From Eledone cirrhosa (taxonomy: Eukaryota), in assembly GCA_964016885.1 (NCBI GenBank), contig OZ024759.1, forward strand, positions 7,130,001-7,194,000: DNA of 64,000 bases. The letters are read 5' to 3'. Positions 12,820-26,928 of this stretch are shown here, piece by piece. Under the pieces are notes generated by a model. The model made no database searches. It had not been told where the DNA came from and worked only from the letters and a program-made list of their open reading frames with translations. Positions within the stretch are counted from its first letter, which is position 1; each line of letters begins with the position of its first letter. The position numbers and the translations under genes are program-made.

Positions 12820-15800
12820 ATATATATAGAGAGAGATAGATATAGCTATATATAGAGAGAGATAGATATAGCTATATAGAGAGAGAGATAGATATAGCTA
12901 TATATAGAGAGAGATAGATATAGCTATATAGAGATAGATATAGCTATATAGAGAGAGAGATAGATATAGCTATATAGAGAGAGAGATAGATATAGCTATA
13001 TAGAGAGAGAGATAGATATAGCTATATATAGAGAGAGAGATAGATATAGCTATATATAGAGAGAGAGATAGATATAGCTATATATAGAGAGAGAGATAGA
13101 TATAGCTATATATAGAGAGAGAGATAGATATAGCTATATAGAGAGAGAGATAGATATAGCTATATAGAGATAGATATAGCTATATAGAGAGAGAGATAGA
13201 TATAGCTATATAGAGATAGATATAGCTATATATAGAGAGAGATAGATATAGCTATATAGAGAGAGAGATAGATATAGCTATATAGAGATAGATATAGCTA
13301 TATATAGAGAGAGATAGATATAGCTATATAGAGAGAGAGATAGATATAGCTATATAGAGATAGATATAGCTATATATAGAGAGAGATAGATATAGCTATA
13401 TAGAGAGAGAGATAGATATAGCTATATATAGAGAGAGATAGATATAGCTATATATAGAGAGAGATAGATATAGCTATATATATAGAGAGATAGATATAGC
13501 TATATAGAGATAGATATAGATATAGCTATATATAGAGAGAGATAGATATAGCTATATAGAGATAGATATAGCTATATATAGAGAGAGATAGATATAGCTA
13601 TATAGAGAGAGAGATAGATATAGCTATATATATAGAGAGAGATAGATATAGCTATATAGAGAGAGAGATAGATATAGCTATATAGAGAGAGAGATAGATA
13701 TAGCTATATATAGAGAGAGAGATAGATATAGCTATATATATAGAGAGAGATAGATATAGCTATATAGAGAGAGATAGATATAGCTATATAGAGAGAGATA
13801 GATATAGCTATATATATAGAGAGAGATAGATATAGCTATATATATAGAGAGAGAGATATAGCTATATATAGAGAGAGAGATAGATATAGCTATATAGAGA
13901 GAGATAGATATAGCTATATATATAGAGAGAGATAGATATAGCTATATATAGAGAGAGATAGATATAGCTATATATAGAGAGAGATAGATATAGCTATATA
14001 TAGAGAGAGATAGATATAGCTATATATAGAGAGAGATAGATATAGCTATATATAGAGAGAGATAGATATAGCTATATAGAGAGAGAGATAGATATAGCTA
14101 TATAGAGAGAGAGATAGATATAGCTATATATAGAGAGAGATAGATATAGCTATATATATAGAGAGAGATAGATATAGCTATATAGAGAGAGAGATAGATA
14201 TAGCTATATAGAGAGAGAGATAGATATAGCTATATAGAGAGAGAGATAGATATAGCTATATATAGAGAGAGATAGATATAGCTATATAGAGAGAGAGATA
14301 GATATAGCTATATATAGAGAGAGATAGATATAGCTATATATAGAGAGAGATAGATATAGCTATATATAGAGAGAGATAGATATAGCTATATAGAGAGAGA
14401 GAGAGATATAGCTATATATAGAGAGAGAGATAGATATAGCTATATAGAGAGAGAGATAGATATAGCTATATATATAGAGAGAGATAGATATAGCTATATA
14501 GAGAGAGAGATAGATATAGCTATATATAGAGAGAGATAGATATAGCTATATATAGAGAGAGATAGATATAGCTATATAGAGAGAGAGATAGATATAGCTA
14601 TATATAGAGAGAGATAGATATAGCTATATAGAGAGAGAGATAGATATAGCTATATAGAGAGAGAGATAGATATAGCTATATAGAGAGAGAGATAGATATA
14701 GCTATATATATAGAGAGAGATAGATATAGCTATATAGAGAGAGAGATAGATATAGCTATATAGAGATAGATATAGCTATATAGAGAGAGAGATAGATATA
14801 GCTATATAGAGATAGATATAGCTATATATAGAGAGAGATAGATATAGCTATATAGAGAGAGAGATAGATATAGCTATATATAGAGAGAGATAGATATAGC
14901 TATATATATAGAGAGAGATAGATATAGCTATATATATAGAGAGAGATAGATATAGCTATATATAGAGAGAGATAGATATAGCTATATATAGAGAGTGAGA
15001 GATATAGCTATATAGAGAGAGAGATAGATATAGCTATATATAGAGAGAGAGATAGATATAGCTATATAGAGAGAGAGATAGATATAGCTATATATAGAGA
15101 GAGATAGATATAGCTATATATAGAGAGAGAGAGATATAGCTATATATATAGAGAGAGAGATAGATATAGCTATATATAGAGAGAGATAGATATAGCTATA
15201 TAGAGAGAGAGATAGATATAGCTATATATATAGAGAGAGATAGATATAGCTATATAGAGAGAGAGATAGATATAGCTATATATAGAGAGAGATAGATATA
15301 GCTATATATAGAGAGAGAGAGATATAGCTATATATATAGAGAGAGAGATAGATATAGCTATATATAGAGAGAGATAGATATAGCTATATAGAGAGAGAGA
15401 TAGATATAGCTATATATATAGAGAGAGATAGATATAGCTATATATATAGAGAGAGATAGATATAGCTATATATATATAGAGAGAGATATAGCTATATATA
15501 TATAGAGAGAGATATAGCTATATATATAGAGAGAGAGATAGATATAGCTATATATAGAGAGAGATAGATATAGCTATATATAGAGAGAGATAGATATAGC
15601 TATATATATAGAGAGAGAGATAGATATAGCTATATATAGAGAGAGATAGATATAGCTATATATATAGAGAGAGATAGATATAGCTATATATATAGAGAGA
15701 GATAGATATAGCTATATAGAGAGAGAGATAGATATAGCTATATAGAGAGAGAGATAGATATAGCTATATATAGAGAGAGAGATAGATATAGCTATATATA

Positions 15801-16650
15801 GAGAGAGATAGATATAGCTATATAGAGAGAGAGATAGATATAGCTATATAGAGAGAGATAGATATAGCTATATATATATAGAGAGAGAGATATAGCTATA
15901 TAGAGAGAGAGAGAGATATAGCTATATAGAGAGAGAGATAGATATAGCTATATATAGAGAGAGATAGATATAGCTATATATAGAGAGAGAGAGATATAGC
16001 TATATATATAGAGAGAGAGATAGATATAGCTATATATAGAGAGAGATAGATATAGCTATATAGAGAGAGAGATAGATATAGCTATATAGAGAGAGAGATA
16101 GATATAGCTATATAGAGAGAGAGATAGATATAGCTATATATAGAGAGAGAGAGATATAGCTATATATATAGAGAGAGAGATAGATATAGCTATATATAGA
16201 GAGAGAGATAGATATAGCTATATAGAGAGAGAGATAGATATAGCTATATATATAGAGAGAGAGATAGATATAGCTATATAGAGAGAGAGAGATATAGCTA
16301 TATATATAGAGAGAGAGATAGATATAGCTATATATAGAGAGAGATAGATATAGCTATATAGAGAGAGATAGATATAGCTATATAGAGAGAGAGATAGATA
16401 TAGCTATATAGAGAGAGAGATAGATATAGCTATATAGAGAGAGAGATAGATATAGCTATATAGAGAGAGAGATAGATATAGCTATATAGAGAGAGAGATA
16501 GATATAGCTATATATAGAGAGAGAGAGATATAGCTATATATATAGAGAGAGATAGATATAGCTATATATATAGAGAGAGAGATATAGCTATATAGAGAGA
16601 GAGATAGATATAGCTATATATAGAGAGAGAGATAGATATAGCTATATATA
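12820..16650. repeat. Compound microsatellite-derived satellite (AG)n-ATAGATATAGC-(TA)n, ~20-28 bp units
   Basis: 3.8 kb array with an invariant GATATAGCTATA core and variable TA/AG run lengths. Confidence 0.97.
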
Positions 16651-16696
16651 AACCCATAGAGAAAATATTTATTATTTTAATCTGTTGTACTAATAA

Positions 16697-17119
16697 TATC
16701 ATCATCATCATCATCACCGTTTTACGTCCGTTCTTCCACGCTAGCATGGGTTAGACGGGTTGTCCTGTTGTGAGCAATGTCAGGTCAGGTGACCATGTCT
16801 TGCTGATTGTGGCTTGATTTCTACAGCTGGATGCCCTTCCTAACACCAACCTCATTTACAGTGAGTGCTGGGTGCTTTTTTCCATGACGCCTACACGTCC
16901 ACTTTACAGTGGGAGGGGGTGGGGGCATATTGTCTATATGCTTCAGCTTCGGCTTGTACCCGTGGGGGGGTCAGGTCTTCTGTATCACTGCGTGACGCCA
17001 GAGGTCACGGTCGTGTGCCATCGCCTTTGAAAGGTGCAATTGGGTAAGGTCGGCTTTTATCACCTCATCCCAGGTCTTCTTGGGTCTCTCCACTCCGCGG
17101 TTTCCATCGACTTCTAGTG

Positions 17120-17120
<1 letters not shown>
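16697..17120 (-). mobile_element. RTE LINE 3' end with SINE-shared tail
   Basis: (CAT)n, GCTGGATGCCCTTCCTAACACCAACC and CCAGGTCTTCTTGGGTCTC (RPKKTW on minus strand). Confidence 0.75.
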
Positions 17121-17170
<50 letters not shown>

Positions 17171-17621
17171 ATTAAAAAGTGAACAACACAAAATATAACT
17201 ACTCCATTACCAAAGGTTTCTGGATCCCAGACAATATTAATATACGTCTGGATCGTTCATCTGACAGAGATGTTACAGATAAAAGATATGAAATGAAATT
17301 TTAAATCTGTTAAAAATTGGAAGTGAGGCTGGAGAAATAACAGGATAAAAATAAAAAAATTTAAATTTATAGCAATATAGAAAAAGACATGTGTATATAC
17401 ATATACATACATTCAGATAAAATTAAAATATATATATATATATATGTATACATACATAGATGCTAACACACATATATATACACAAACATACATGTACACA
17501 GACATACACATATACATACGCATATATATATAGATACACACACACCTAAAAATATATACAGACATATACAAATACATATACACGCTCACATATATACACA
17601 TACATGCATATATACATATAT

Positions 17622-18070
17622 GTCACTGGACCGAGACCTTTGGCGGTACTCAGTAATAGAGAAGACCCGCCTTACCTAAATACATAGTAAAACCTACTAC
17701 AGTCAGTAGGCATCTCTAACAAAATACACCCCCGTCCCACCACCCCCACCCCATCCACACCGCCCCCTTCTATGTAAAGTTATGTTGGTGCCACACCATC
17801 CAGGCCGAAACAAATGAGATCGTGTAGGTGTCACGACAAAAAAACACACAGTCCACGCTGTAATGTGGCCGTGTAGGCAACACGGTAAAAACCTCCCAGA
17901 CCCACACTGTAAATGTGGTTGGTGTTAGGAAGGGCATCCAGCTGTAGAAAACCTGCCAGACAGTCCTATGCGAGCAAGACAATCACTCTTGCATCAAGTG
18001 GGAAAACCACCGTCCAAACCCATGCAAGCGTGGAACACGGACGTTAAACGTTGATGATGATGATGATGAT
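17622..18070 (+). mobile_element. RTE LINE 3' terminus; near-identical copy at 27753-28180
   Basis: Encodes ..DRDLWR.. end, then shared tail GTGGTTGGTGTTAGGAAGGGCATCCAG and (GAT)n. Confidence 0.8.
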
Positions 18071-18164
18071 GTCACAGACACACTTCTCCACCTTCCTTTA
18101 TAATTCTTTTTATATTGTTTTTGTAAAAAACAAGATTTATTTCTTCTTTATATATATGTGTGTG

Positions 18165-18692
18165 TATATCAAAGGTATATATTGAGTTAAGAACTCAACA
18201 CAGTCTCTTACAATAAAATAGCTCTAGGAAAGACATTTTTCCGGGCCGTATATTATAAATGAATATAAAAGAGAGATAAACACTGATATATAGATATATG
18301 TGTTCAAATCGCAAGGGACCAGATTCGCTAAGGTGTAAAGAATACTAACTATAGACAGAAGTATATTAAGAAACTGAATAGTGTGCGTATATATAACAAC
18401 GCACATGGTATCTGAACTTAGCGTGTCTCACAAACTTACACCACTAAAAATAGCAGCCAGGTTTATTCGACGTTTGAACTAGCTCAACAAATTAACGGAG
18501 CCGAATATATCAAAAGTAAATATTGAGTTAGGAACTCAAAATAGTCTCTCACAATAAAATAGCTCTAAGAAAGAGGTTTTTCCAAGCCGTATATTATAAT
18601 AGAATATAAAAGAAAAACCATCACAGATATATAGATATATGTGTTGAAATCGTAAGGACCAGATTCGCTAAGGTGTAAAAAATACTAACTAT
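18165..18692 (-). mobile_element. Head-to-tail fragments of the repeat family that carries the 5237 hammerhead
   Basis: Reverse complement matches 5125-5220 and, twice, 5395-5580. Confidence 0.7.
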
Positions 18693-18891
18693 AGCAAATC
18701 TGGTCCCTGCTATCCAGGATCCCAGATGACCCCACAGCAAGGCATGAGGGAAACCTAAGGGCAGCAGCAACGAACACCCTCTTACACCAGTGGCCAACCA
18801 ATACAGGCTGAAGATAAAATGTGTAGCAACAAGGGCGGTGCCCCAGCATGGCCTCAACCAGATGGCTGGAACAGGTAAAAGCGTAAAAGAG

Positions 18892-18925
<34 letters not shown>

Positions 18926-19511
18926 AGTTGAAGGACCCAGCATATTTATCAATGCCAGTACCAGTTGTATCAAAGTGTACTCAATAGGCAATGTAAGATA
19001 CATTCCCAGAGTATACACATAGTTATTCGCTTCAATACAACACACGTAAAACGGGTGCTATAAGGTCCCCGGACTCGAGTTTCTGCCGCACTAATGCAGC
19101 AGTAAGGTGCACTGCACCACCCGTCTGCATATATTATGCAACAATGCACAATCGGCTTATGCGGCTTCATCGTGGGTATCGCCTAATCAATAACCAATCG
19201 ATCGACGGAATCCAAACCCCAGCCCATGCCGGTCATGACTGTTTGTGACAACTGACACGGTAAAGTGATTAGATATATACATATATTAGATATATATATA
19301 TATATATATTATATATATTATATATATATATTAGATATATATATATATATTATATATATTATATATATATTATATATATATATATATTATATATATTATA
19401 TATATATATATTATATATATATATATATTATATATATTATATATATATTATATATATATATATATTATATATATTATATATATATATATTATATATATAT
19501 ATATTATTATA

Positions 19512-19568
<57 letters not shown>

Positions 19569-20406
19569 TAGTAATAATAATAAAATTGAAGACTAAAATC
19601 CAAAGAGGGCTCGATAAGGAAAATATATATTAAATATATAAGAACCGTAGAGCAAATATTTATTAAAATAACAGATTAAAGTTTAAGCAAAGAATCACTG
19701 CTTTCACCCTTAACGGGATCTTCTGAAACTAACAAAGTCAATCTGTAAACGCAGAACTGGATATTTCAAAAAACGTTGCAACTGGAGGAAGACAGGAAGA
19801 CGATACTTTGGTTCGTGGAAACGTTCGCTGGCAAAGAACGGGAAAAAACGAATAATACGTCATTAATAGGAGCGGTGAAAAACAATTACGCGCAAAGACA
19901 GAACCACGTTTATGGTATAAAAGAGGTCGTAGACTAATGTTCTCTTAGGTGGTGCATAGAGACGTTCTCGGGCAATGAACGAAAAAACGAAGATAATAAG
20001 TCATATGTGGAGCGTGGAGAACAATATCACGCAAAGACAAAACCACGTAAATGGTATAGCAGAAGTCGTAGACTAAAATTAATCTCCGCTACAGAGTTAA
20101 GAACAAAGTAAATAAATACAATACAGAAGTAATAGAAACAAATAAATACATACATGCAAACAGATACGTACATACACAAGCATACGCAAAACCTTACCAT
20201 AGGTATACATTATATATATTATATATATAATATATATTATATATATATATATTATATATATTATATATATATATATATTATATATTATATATATTATATA
20301 TATATATATTATATATATTATATATATATATATATTATATATTATATATATTATATATATATATATTATATATATATATATATTATATATATTATATATA
20401 TATATA

Positions 20407-20475
<69 letters not shown>

Positions 20476-20512
20476 TAAAATAACAGATTTTAGTCTTCAA
20501 ATTTATTATTAT

Positions 20513-20566
<54 letters not shown>

Positions 20567-20834
20567 TATATATATTTGGAAACTCTGCTTCGTAGAATTG
20601 AGACATATCCGAGGATCTTGCGATTTCAGAGTCAGGTTTGATCACCACATCGATCGTGCCTCGAGCTGGTCACCAAAACAACGATTGTAATATGTCTAAT
20701 AAATCTTATTCGTCGCACCACTGATTCTCCGTTTCTTATGTGATATTATACTCTGTTCTGTAAGAGCATCGAGTGCTCAAACAGCCTACCGCTTATAGAC
20801 GCTTTAAACATCCCACACCAATTATATATATATA

Positions 20835-21910
20835 CTAGCAGTTTAGCCTGGCTTTGCTCGGGTCTGTTCATTTGCTATGAAAAGTTACATACAGGTAAAC
20901 ATGACTTGAAAGCGAATAAGCTTATCAATTAAGTGCATAAAGCAGTTGAACCGGCAAATGGTCCATTCCTGCTCCCTACGCGGGAACAGGCAACATAAAG
21001 TTGGCCATGGGGGAAGCATGGCTCCCCCAAATGGATGCCCGCCACCGACAATGTTTGCCCTTGTGACTTGTTAATGGACATGGCAAAACATGGTCTCACC
21101 GGGAATTGGGATCACCGGAAATCGAATGGGATATCAAACGCCGAGGGGAAGAGGTTCCTCCTTGGCAGTGTATTCGGCAGAATTGCCACAAGTACAACAC
21201 TATGGGTGTTGTCATATTAATATTTAACCAATGAAAGTCGTAAAAAATAAATAATTTAAACATTCCGATTCATATGTCTATAGCATTAATCTGTTATATG
21301 AAGTGTTATTTTGTGGGTTGTTATTTGCAATAAGCCGATTTAAAATACCCCAGAAAAGCTGTATGTCAATATGGAACTCCAATGAGTCCCCCAGCATTTA
21401 AATTATAGAGAGGGGGAATAATCTATTATAGAGAGAGGGAAGATAGATGGAGAGAGTAAAGCTAAGAAACTATAGGGAGGTGTGTAAAACAGTGTTGTCG
21501 TATAGAGAGTGAAGAGCGACAGAGAGAGTAAAGCAGTTAAATTATAGAGAGGGGGAATAATCTATTTTAGATAGAGGGAAGAGCGACGGAGAGAGCGGTA
21601 TGACTATGTTTGTTGTATAAAATGATGTGTTGCTTAGTTTTCAAAGTTTAAGTCGCGTTCCTGAACGAAGTTTTGTCACTGTTGGGTAGTAGAGAGAGGG
21701 AATAAGCATGTTAGAGAGAGGGTTACAGCATGTATTTAGTTTTATCGATTTTTTTCATAGAAGCAGGAAATTTTTTGGCAAAGTTTATTACGCGTTAACC
21801 ATCGTTGGTAAATTTGGAGCACATTGGAAAAAAAATCATCAAAATCGGTAGAGAAATGTGGAAATGCATAAAAATCATACACACACATCTTCCGTTTTAT
21901 ATATATATAT
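20835..21910 (-). mobile_element. Helitron deletion derivative with Pif1-like helicase remnant (~20970-21135)
   Basis: 3' CTAG with subterminal hairpin CCCGAGCAAAGCCAGG; minus-strand translation [50 protein letters not shown]. Confidence 0.88.
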
Positions 21911-21970
21911 ATATATATATATGTTATATATATATATATGTTATATATATATGGTATATATTCTTTGCAG

Positions 21971-21987
21971 CTCACCTGATTCATTGA
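21971..21987 (+). CDS. Probable terminal coding exon of the multicopper oxidase (..NR-SHLIH*)
   Basis: ttctttgcag acceptor, phase compatible with the 10453 donor, TGA at 21985-87, then unique sequence with AATAAA near 22288 and a GT-rich tract; no homology support. Confidence 0.45.
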
Positions 21988-22335
21988 TATCAATAATACA
22001 TCTACTAATGGAGTTAGAGTAACATGGATCAACAGTTAACCCTACCACCACATACAGGGAAAGTTCCTCAACACCACCTCCACACTGAACATGAAACGTT
22101 CTGGAACACCAACACCACCTCCACACTGTATATGGAAATATGAGACTCCACCACCTACCCATACCCGTACCACCACTTCCACGATGAACATGGAATGCCC
22201 AAACCTCGCACCCCCGCCCCACCACCACCACCACCACCAACCCCACCCCACTGTACCTGCCATGTCATTATAGAAATTTTTCTAAGAAATAAATTTACAT
22301 TTTGCACTGGATTCGTTTTGTTGTATATTTATATA

Positions 22336-23650
22336 TATGTTGTGTTGTGTAGTGTGGTGTAGTGTTGTGTTGTGTGGTGTAGTGTTGTGTAGTGTGGTGT
22401 AGTGTTGTGTTGTGTGGTGTGGTGTGGTGTAGTGTTGTGTAGTGTGGTGTAGTGTTGTGTTGTGTGGTGTGGTGTAGTGTAGTGTGGTGTAGTGTGGTGT
22501 AGTGTTGTGTTGTGTGGTGTGGTGTAGTGTAGTGTGGTGTGGTGTAGTGTTGTGTAGTGTGGTGTAGTGTTGTGTTGTGTGGTGTGGTGTGGTGTAGTGT
22601 TGTGTAGTGTGGTGTAGTGTTGTGTTGTGTGGTGTGGTGTAGTGTAGTGTGGTGTGGTGTAGTGTAGTGTGGTGTAGTGTTGTGTTGTGTGGTGTGGTGT
22701 GGTGTGTGGTGTTGTGTGGTGTGTGGTGTTGTGTGGTGTGTTGTGGTGTAGTGTTGTGTGGTGTGGTGTGGTGTGTCGTGTTGTGTGGTGTGGTGTGTGG
22801 TGTTGTGTGGTGTTGTGTTGTGTGGTGTGTTGTGGTGTAGTATAGTGTAGTGTTGTGTGTTGTGATGTGTGGTGTTGTGTGGTGTGTTGTGTGGTGTGGT
22901 GTGGTGTGGTGTGGTGTTGTGTGGTGTGGTGTAGTGTAGTGTGGTGTGGTGTGGTGTTGTGTGGTGTGGTGTGGTGTGTTGTGGTGTGGTTTAGTGTGGT
23001 GTAGTGTAGTGTGGTGTTGTCTGGTGTGGTGTGTTGTGGTGTGGTTTAGTGTGGTGTGGTGTACTGTAGTGTAGTATGGTGTAGTGTGGTGTGGTGTAGT
23101 GTGGTGTAGTGTAGTGTAGTGTGCTGTAGTGTGGTGTGGTGTGGTGTGGTGTAGTGTAGTATGGTGTGCTGTGGTCTGGTGTAGTGTGGTGTGGTGTAGT
23201 GTGGTGTGCTGTGGTCTGGTGTAGTGTGGTTTGGTGTGGTGTAGTGTGCTGAGGTGTAGTGTAGTGTAGTGTAGTGTGATGTGCTATGATGTGGTGTGGG
23301 GTAGTGTAGTGTGGTGTGGTGTGGTGTATGTAGTGTAGTGTAGTGTAGTGTAGTGTAGTGTGATGTGATGTGGGGTAGTGTGATGTGATGTGGGGTAGTG
23401 TAGTGTGGTGTGGTGTGGTGTGGTGTGGTGTGGTGTGGTGGTGTAGTGTTGTGGTGTGATGTTGTGTGGTTTAGTGGTGTGTGGTGTGGTGTGTTATGTT
23501 GTGTTGTGGTGTGGTGGTGTAGTGTTGTGGTGTGATGTTGTGTGGTTTAGTGTTGTGTGGTGTGGTGTGTTATGTTGTGTTGTGGTGTGGTCTTGTAGTG
23601 TTGTGGTGTGGTGAAGTGGTGTGGTGTTGTGTGTTATGTTGTGTTGTGCA
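22336..23650. repeat. Pentanucleotide microsatellite (GTGTG/GTGTA/GTGTT)n
   Basis: Degenerate 5-mer array. Confidence 0.95.
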
Positions 23651-23809
23651 GCATTTGTATAGTGCAGCAGTTGGTCGTCCACAGAAAAAAGTGGACTTCA
23701 TTTTCAGTTTTTATGTTTTATTAATAATAAAACAAAAATAATATTTGGTTAAAATATATTTTATAGCCTGAAAATGTTTCTTCTCAGTAAAGAACTAACA
23801 GCCATGAAA

Positions 23810-23986
23810 TAATTGTTTCTACTTTTGGCACAAGGCCAGCAATTATACCAATGTATTACTGGTACTTTATTTTATCGACCCCGTAAGGATGAAAGGCAAA
23901 GTTAACCTCGGCGGGATTTGAACTCAGTCCATAAAGGGACGTAACTATGCTGCAAAGCATGGCGTCCGACCCTCTACCGATACTGC
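23810..23986 (-). mobile_element. SINE family B
   Basis: Matches the other family-B copies. Confidence 0.88.
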
Positions 23987-24020
23987 CCCCGCACCCTCCC
24001 CCCCCCCTCTGAAATAATGT

Positions 24021-24535
24021 TACACATATATATCATATATTGACAATATGTCACAGGTACACTTCAGTATTGTTTAATAAAATGGAAGTTCTCTGGTCAG
24101 TATTTTACACATATATATCATCTAGTGACAATATGACACAGGTACACTTCAGTATTGTTTAATAAAATAGAAGTTCTCTGGTCATTATTTTACACCTATA
24201 TATCATCTAGTGACAATATGACACAGGTACACTTCAGTATTGTTTAATAAAATAGAAGTTCTCTGGTCAGTATTTTACACCTATATATCATCTAGTGACA
24301 ATATGACACAGGTACACTTCAGTATTGTTTAATAAAATAGAAGTTCTCTGGTCAGTATTTTACACATATGTATCATATATTGACAATATGACACAGGTAC
24401 ACTTCAGTATTGTTTAATAAAATAGAAGTTCTCTGGTCAGTATTTTACACATATATATCATATATTGACAATATGACACAGGTACACTTCAGTATTGTTT
24501 AATAAAATGGAAGATCTCTGGTCAGTATTTTACAC
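24021..24535. repeat. 85-bp minisatellite, 6 copies
   Basis: TACAC starts at 24021, 24106, 24191, 24276, 24361, 24446 and 24531. Confidence 0.95.
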
Positions 24536-24806
24536 TGTAAGTCATGACATGTAACTTCTGACTTTTATGTCATAAACTGTAAGTCGTGACTAGTAAGCTG
24601 TGACTTGTAAATTATGACTTAATTGATAATCCTCTACCACTTATATTAAATAGGTGAGTGATTATCACCATCATCACCCCAGGCTAGCATGGGTTAGACA
24701 AGTTGTCCTGTTGTGGGCAATGCCAGGTCAGATGCCCATATCTTGCTCACACAGAACTGATTTTGGCTTGGTTTCCATGGCTGGATGCCCTTCCTAATGC
24801 CAACCA

Positions 24807-26690
24807 CATTTACAGTGAGTACTGGGTGCTTTTTGTCACGATACTTACATGACCACTTTACAGTGAGTACTGGGTACTTTTTGTTGTGACACCTACATGA
24901 CCACTTTACAGTGTGGACTGGGTACTTTTTGTTGTGACGCCTACATGACCACTTTACAGTGTGGACTGGGTGCTTTTTGTTGTGACACCTACATGACCAC
25001 TTTACAGTGTGGACTGGGTACTTTTTGTTGTGACACCTATATGACCACTTTACAGTGTGGACTGGGTTCTTTTTGTTGTGACACCTACATGACTACGTTA
25101 CAGTGTGGACTGGGTACTTTTTGTTGTGACACCTACATGACCACTTTACAGTGTGGACTGGGTACTTTTTGTTGTGACACCTACATGACCACTTTACAGT
25201 GAGTACTGGGTGCTTTTTGTCATGACACCTACATGACCACTTTACAGTGAGTACTGGCTGCTTTTTGTTGTGACACCTACATGACCACTTTACAGTGAGT
25301 ACTGGGTGCTTTTTGTTGTGACACCTACATGACCACTTTACAGTGAGTACTGGGTGCTTTTTCTTGTGACACCTACATGACCACTTTACAGTGAGTACTG
25401 GGTGCTTTTTGTCGTGACACCTACATGACCACTTTACAGTGAGTACTGGGTGCTTTTTGTTGTGACACCTACATGACGACTTTACAGTGAGTACTGGGTG
25501 CTTTTTGTTGTGACACCTACATGACGACTTTACAGTGAGTACTGGGTGCTTTTTGTTGTGACACCTACATGACCACTTTACAGTGAGTACTGGGTGCTTT
25601 TTGTTGTGACACCTGCATGACCACTTTACAGTGAGTACTGGGTGCTTTTTGTCATGATACCTACATGATCCCGTTACAGTGTGTACTGGGTACTATTTGT
25701 TGTGTCACCTATTTGACCACTTTACAGTGTGGACTGGGTACTTTTTGTCATGACACATACATGACCACTTTACAGTGTGTACTGGGTACTTTTTGTTGTG
25801 ACACCTACATGACCACTTTACAGTGTGGACTGGGTACTTTTTGTCACGATACCTACATGACCACTTTACAGTGTGGACTGGGTGGTTTTTCTTGTGACAC
25901 CTACATGACCACTTTACAGTGAGTACTGGGTGCTTTTTGTCATGATACCTACATGACCACTTTACAGTGAGTACTGGGTGGTTTTTCTTGTGACACCTAC
26001 ATGACCACTTTACAGTGTGTATTGGGTGTTTTTTGTTGTGACACCTACATGACCACTTTACAGTGAGTACTGGGTGCTTTTTCTTGTGACACCTACATGA
26101 CCACTTTACAATGAGTACTGGGTGGCTTTTGTTGTGACACCTACACGACCACTTTACGGTGTGTACTGGGTGTTTTTTGTTGTGAGACCTACATGACCAC
26201 TTTACAATGAGTACTGGGTGGTTTTTGTTGTGACACCTACATGACCACTTTACAGTGAGTACTGGGTGGTTTTTCTTGTGACACCTACATGACCACTTTA
26301 CAATGAGTACTGGGTGGTTTTTGTTGTGACACCTACACGACCACTTTACGGTGTGTACTGGGTGTTTTTTGTTGTGAGACCTACATGACCACTTTACAAT
26401 GAGTACTGGGTGGTTTTTGTTGTGACACCTACATGACCACTTTACGGTGTGTACTGGGTGTTTTTTGTTGTGAGACCTACATGACCACTTTACAGTGAGT
26501 ACTGGGTGGCTTTTGTTGTGACACCTACATGACCACTTTATGGTGTGTACTGGGTGTTTTTTGTTGTGAGACCTACATGTCTACTTTACAGTGAGTACTG
26601 GGTGCTTTTTGTTGTGACACCTACATGACCACTTTACAGTGTGGACTGGGTACTTTTTGTCATGACATCTACACGACTACTTTACGGTGT
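24807..26690. repeat. 48-bp satellite (~39 copies) expanded inside an RTE/SINE tail
   Basis: Unit TTTACAGTGAGTACTGGGTGCTTTTTGTTGTGACACCTACATGACCAC, continuous with the SINE-tail sequence at 24665-24806. Confidence 0.95.
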
Positions 26691-26729
26691 GGGATGGGCG
26701 AGTAAATGTCACTTTATAGAAAATACAAT

Positions 26730-26928
26730 AATAGGGTCAGATGAAAAGTTCATAGGCTGACTAAGATACTCTCATGGAATGACGAGATGAGGTTTATTTT
26801 TCAACATAGTCCCTGGAAAGAAACAAGGCAGTTATTAATAAGAAGTTAAAATTAATACATACAAGATTTCACAGCTCTAACATCACTCCTTCATAGTCAT
26901 CTTATGAACTTTTCAGCCAGCTCTCATA
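26730..26928. mobile_element. Tc1/mariner-type MITE
   Basis: Imperfect TIRs TGAAAAGTTCATAGGCTGACTA / TAGTCATCTTATGAACTTTTCA near TA flanks. Confidence 0.6.

Noticed and set aside
24897-25922. Cys-rich repeat ORFs (MTTLQCGLGTFCCD)
   Set aside because: Translation of the 48-bp satellite; most units contain TGA
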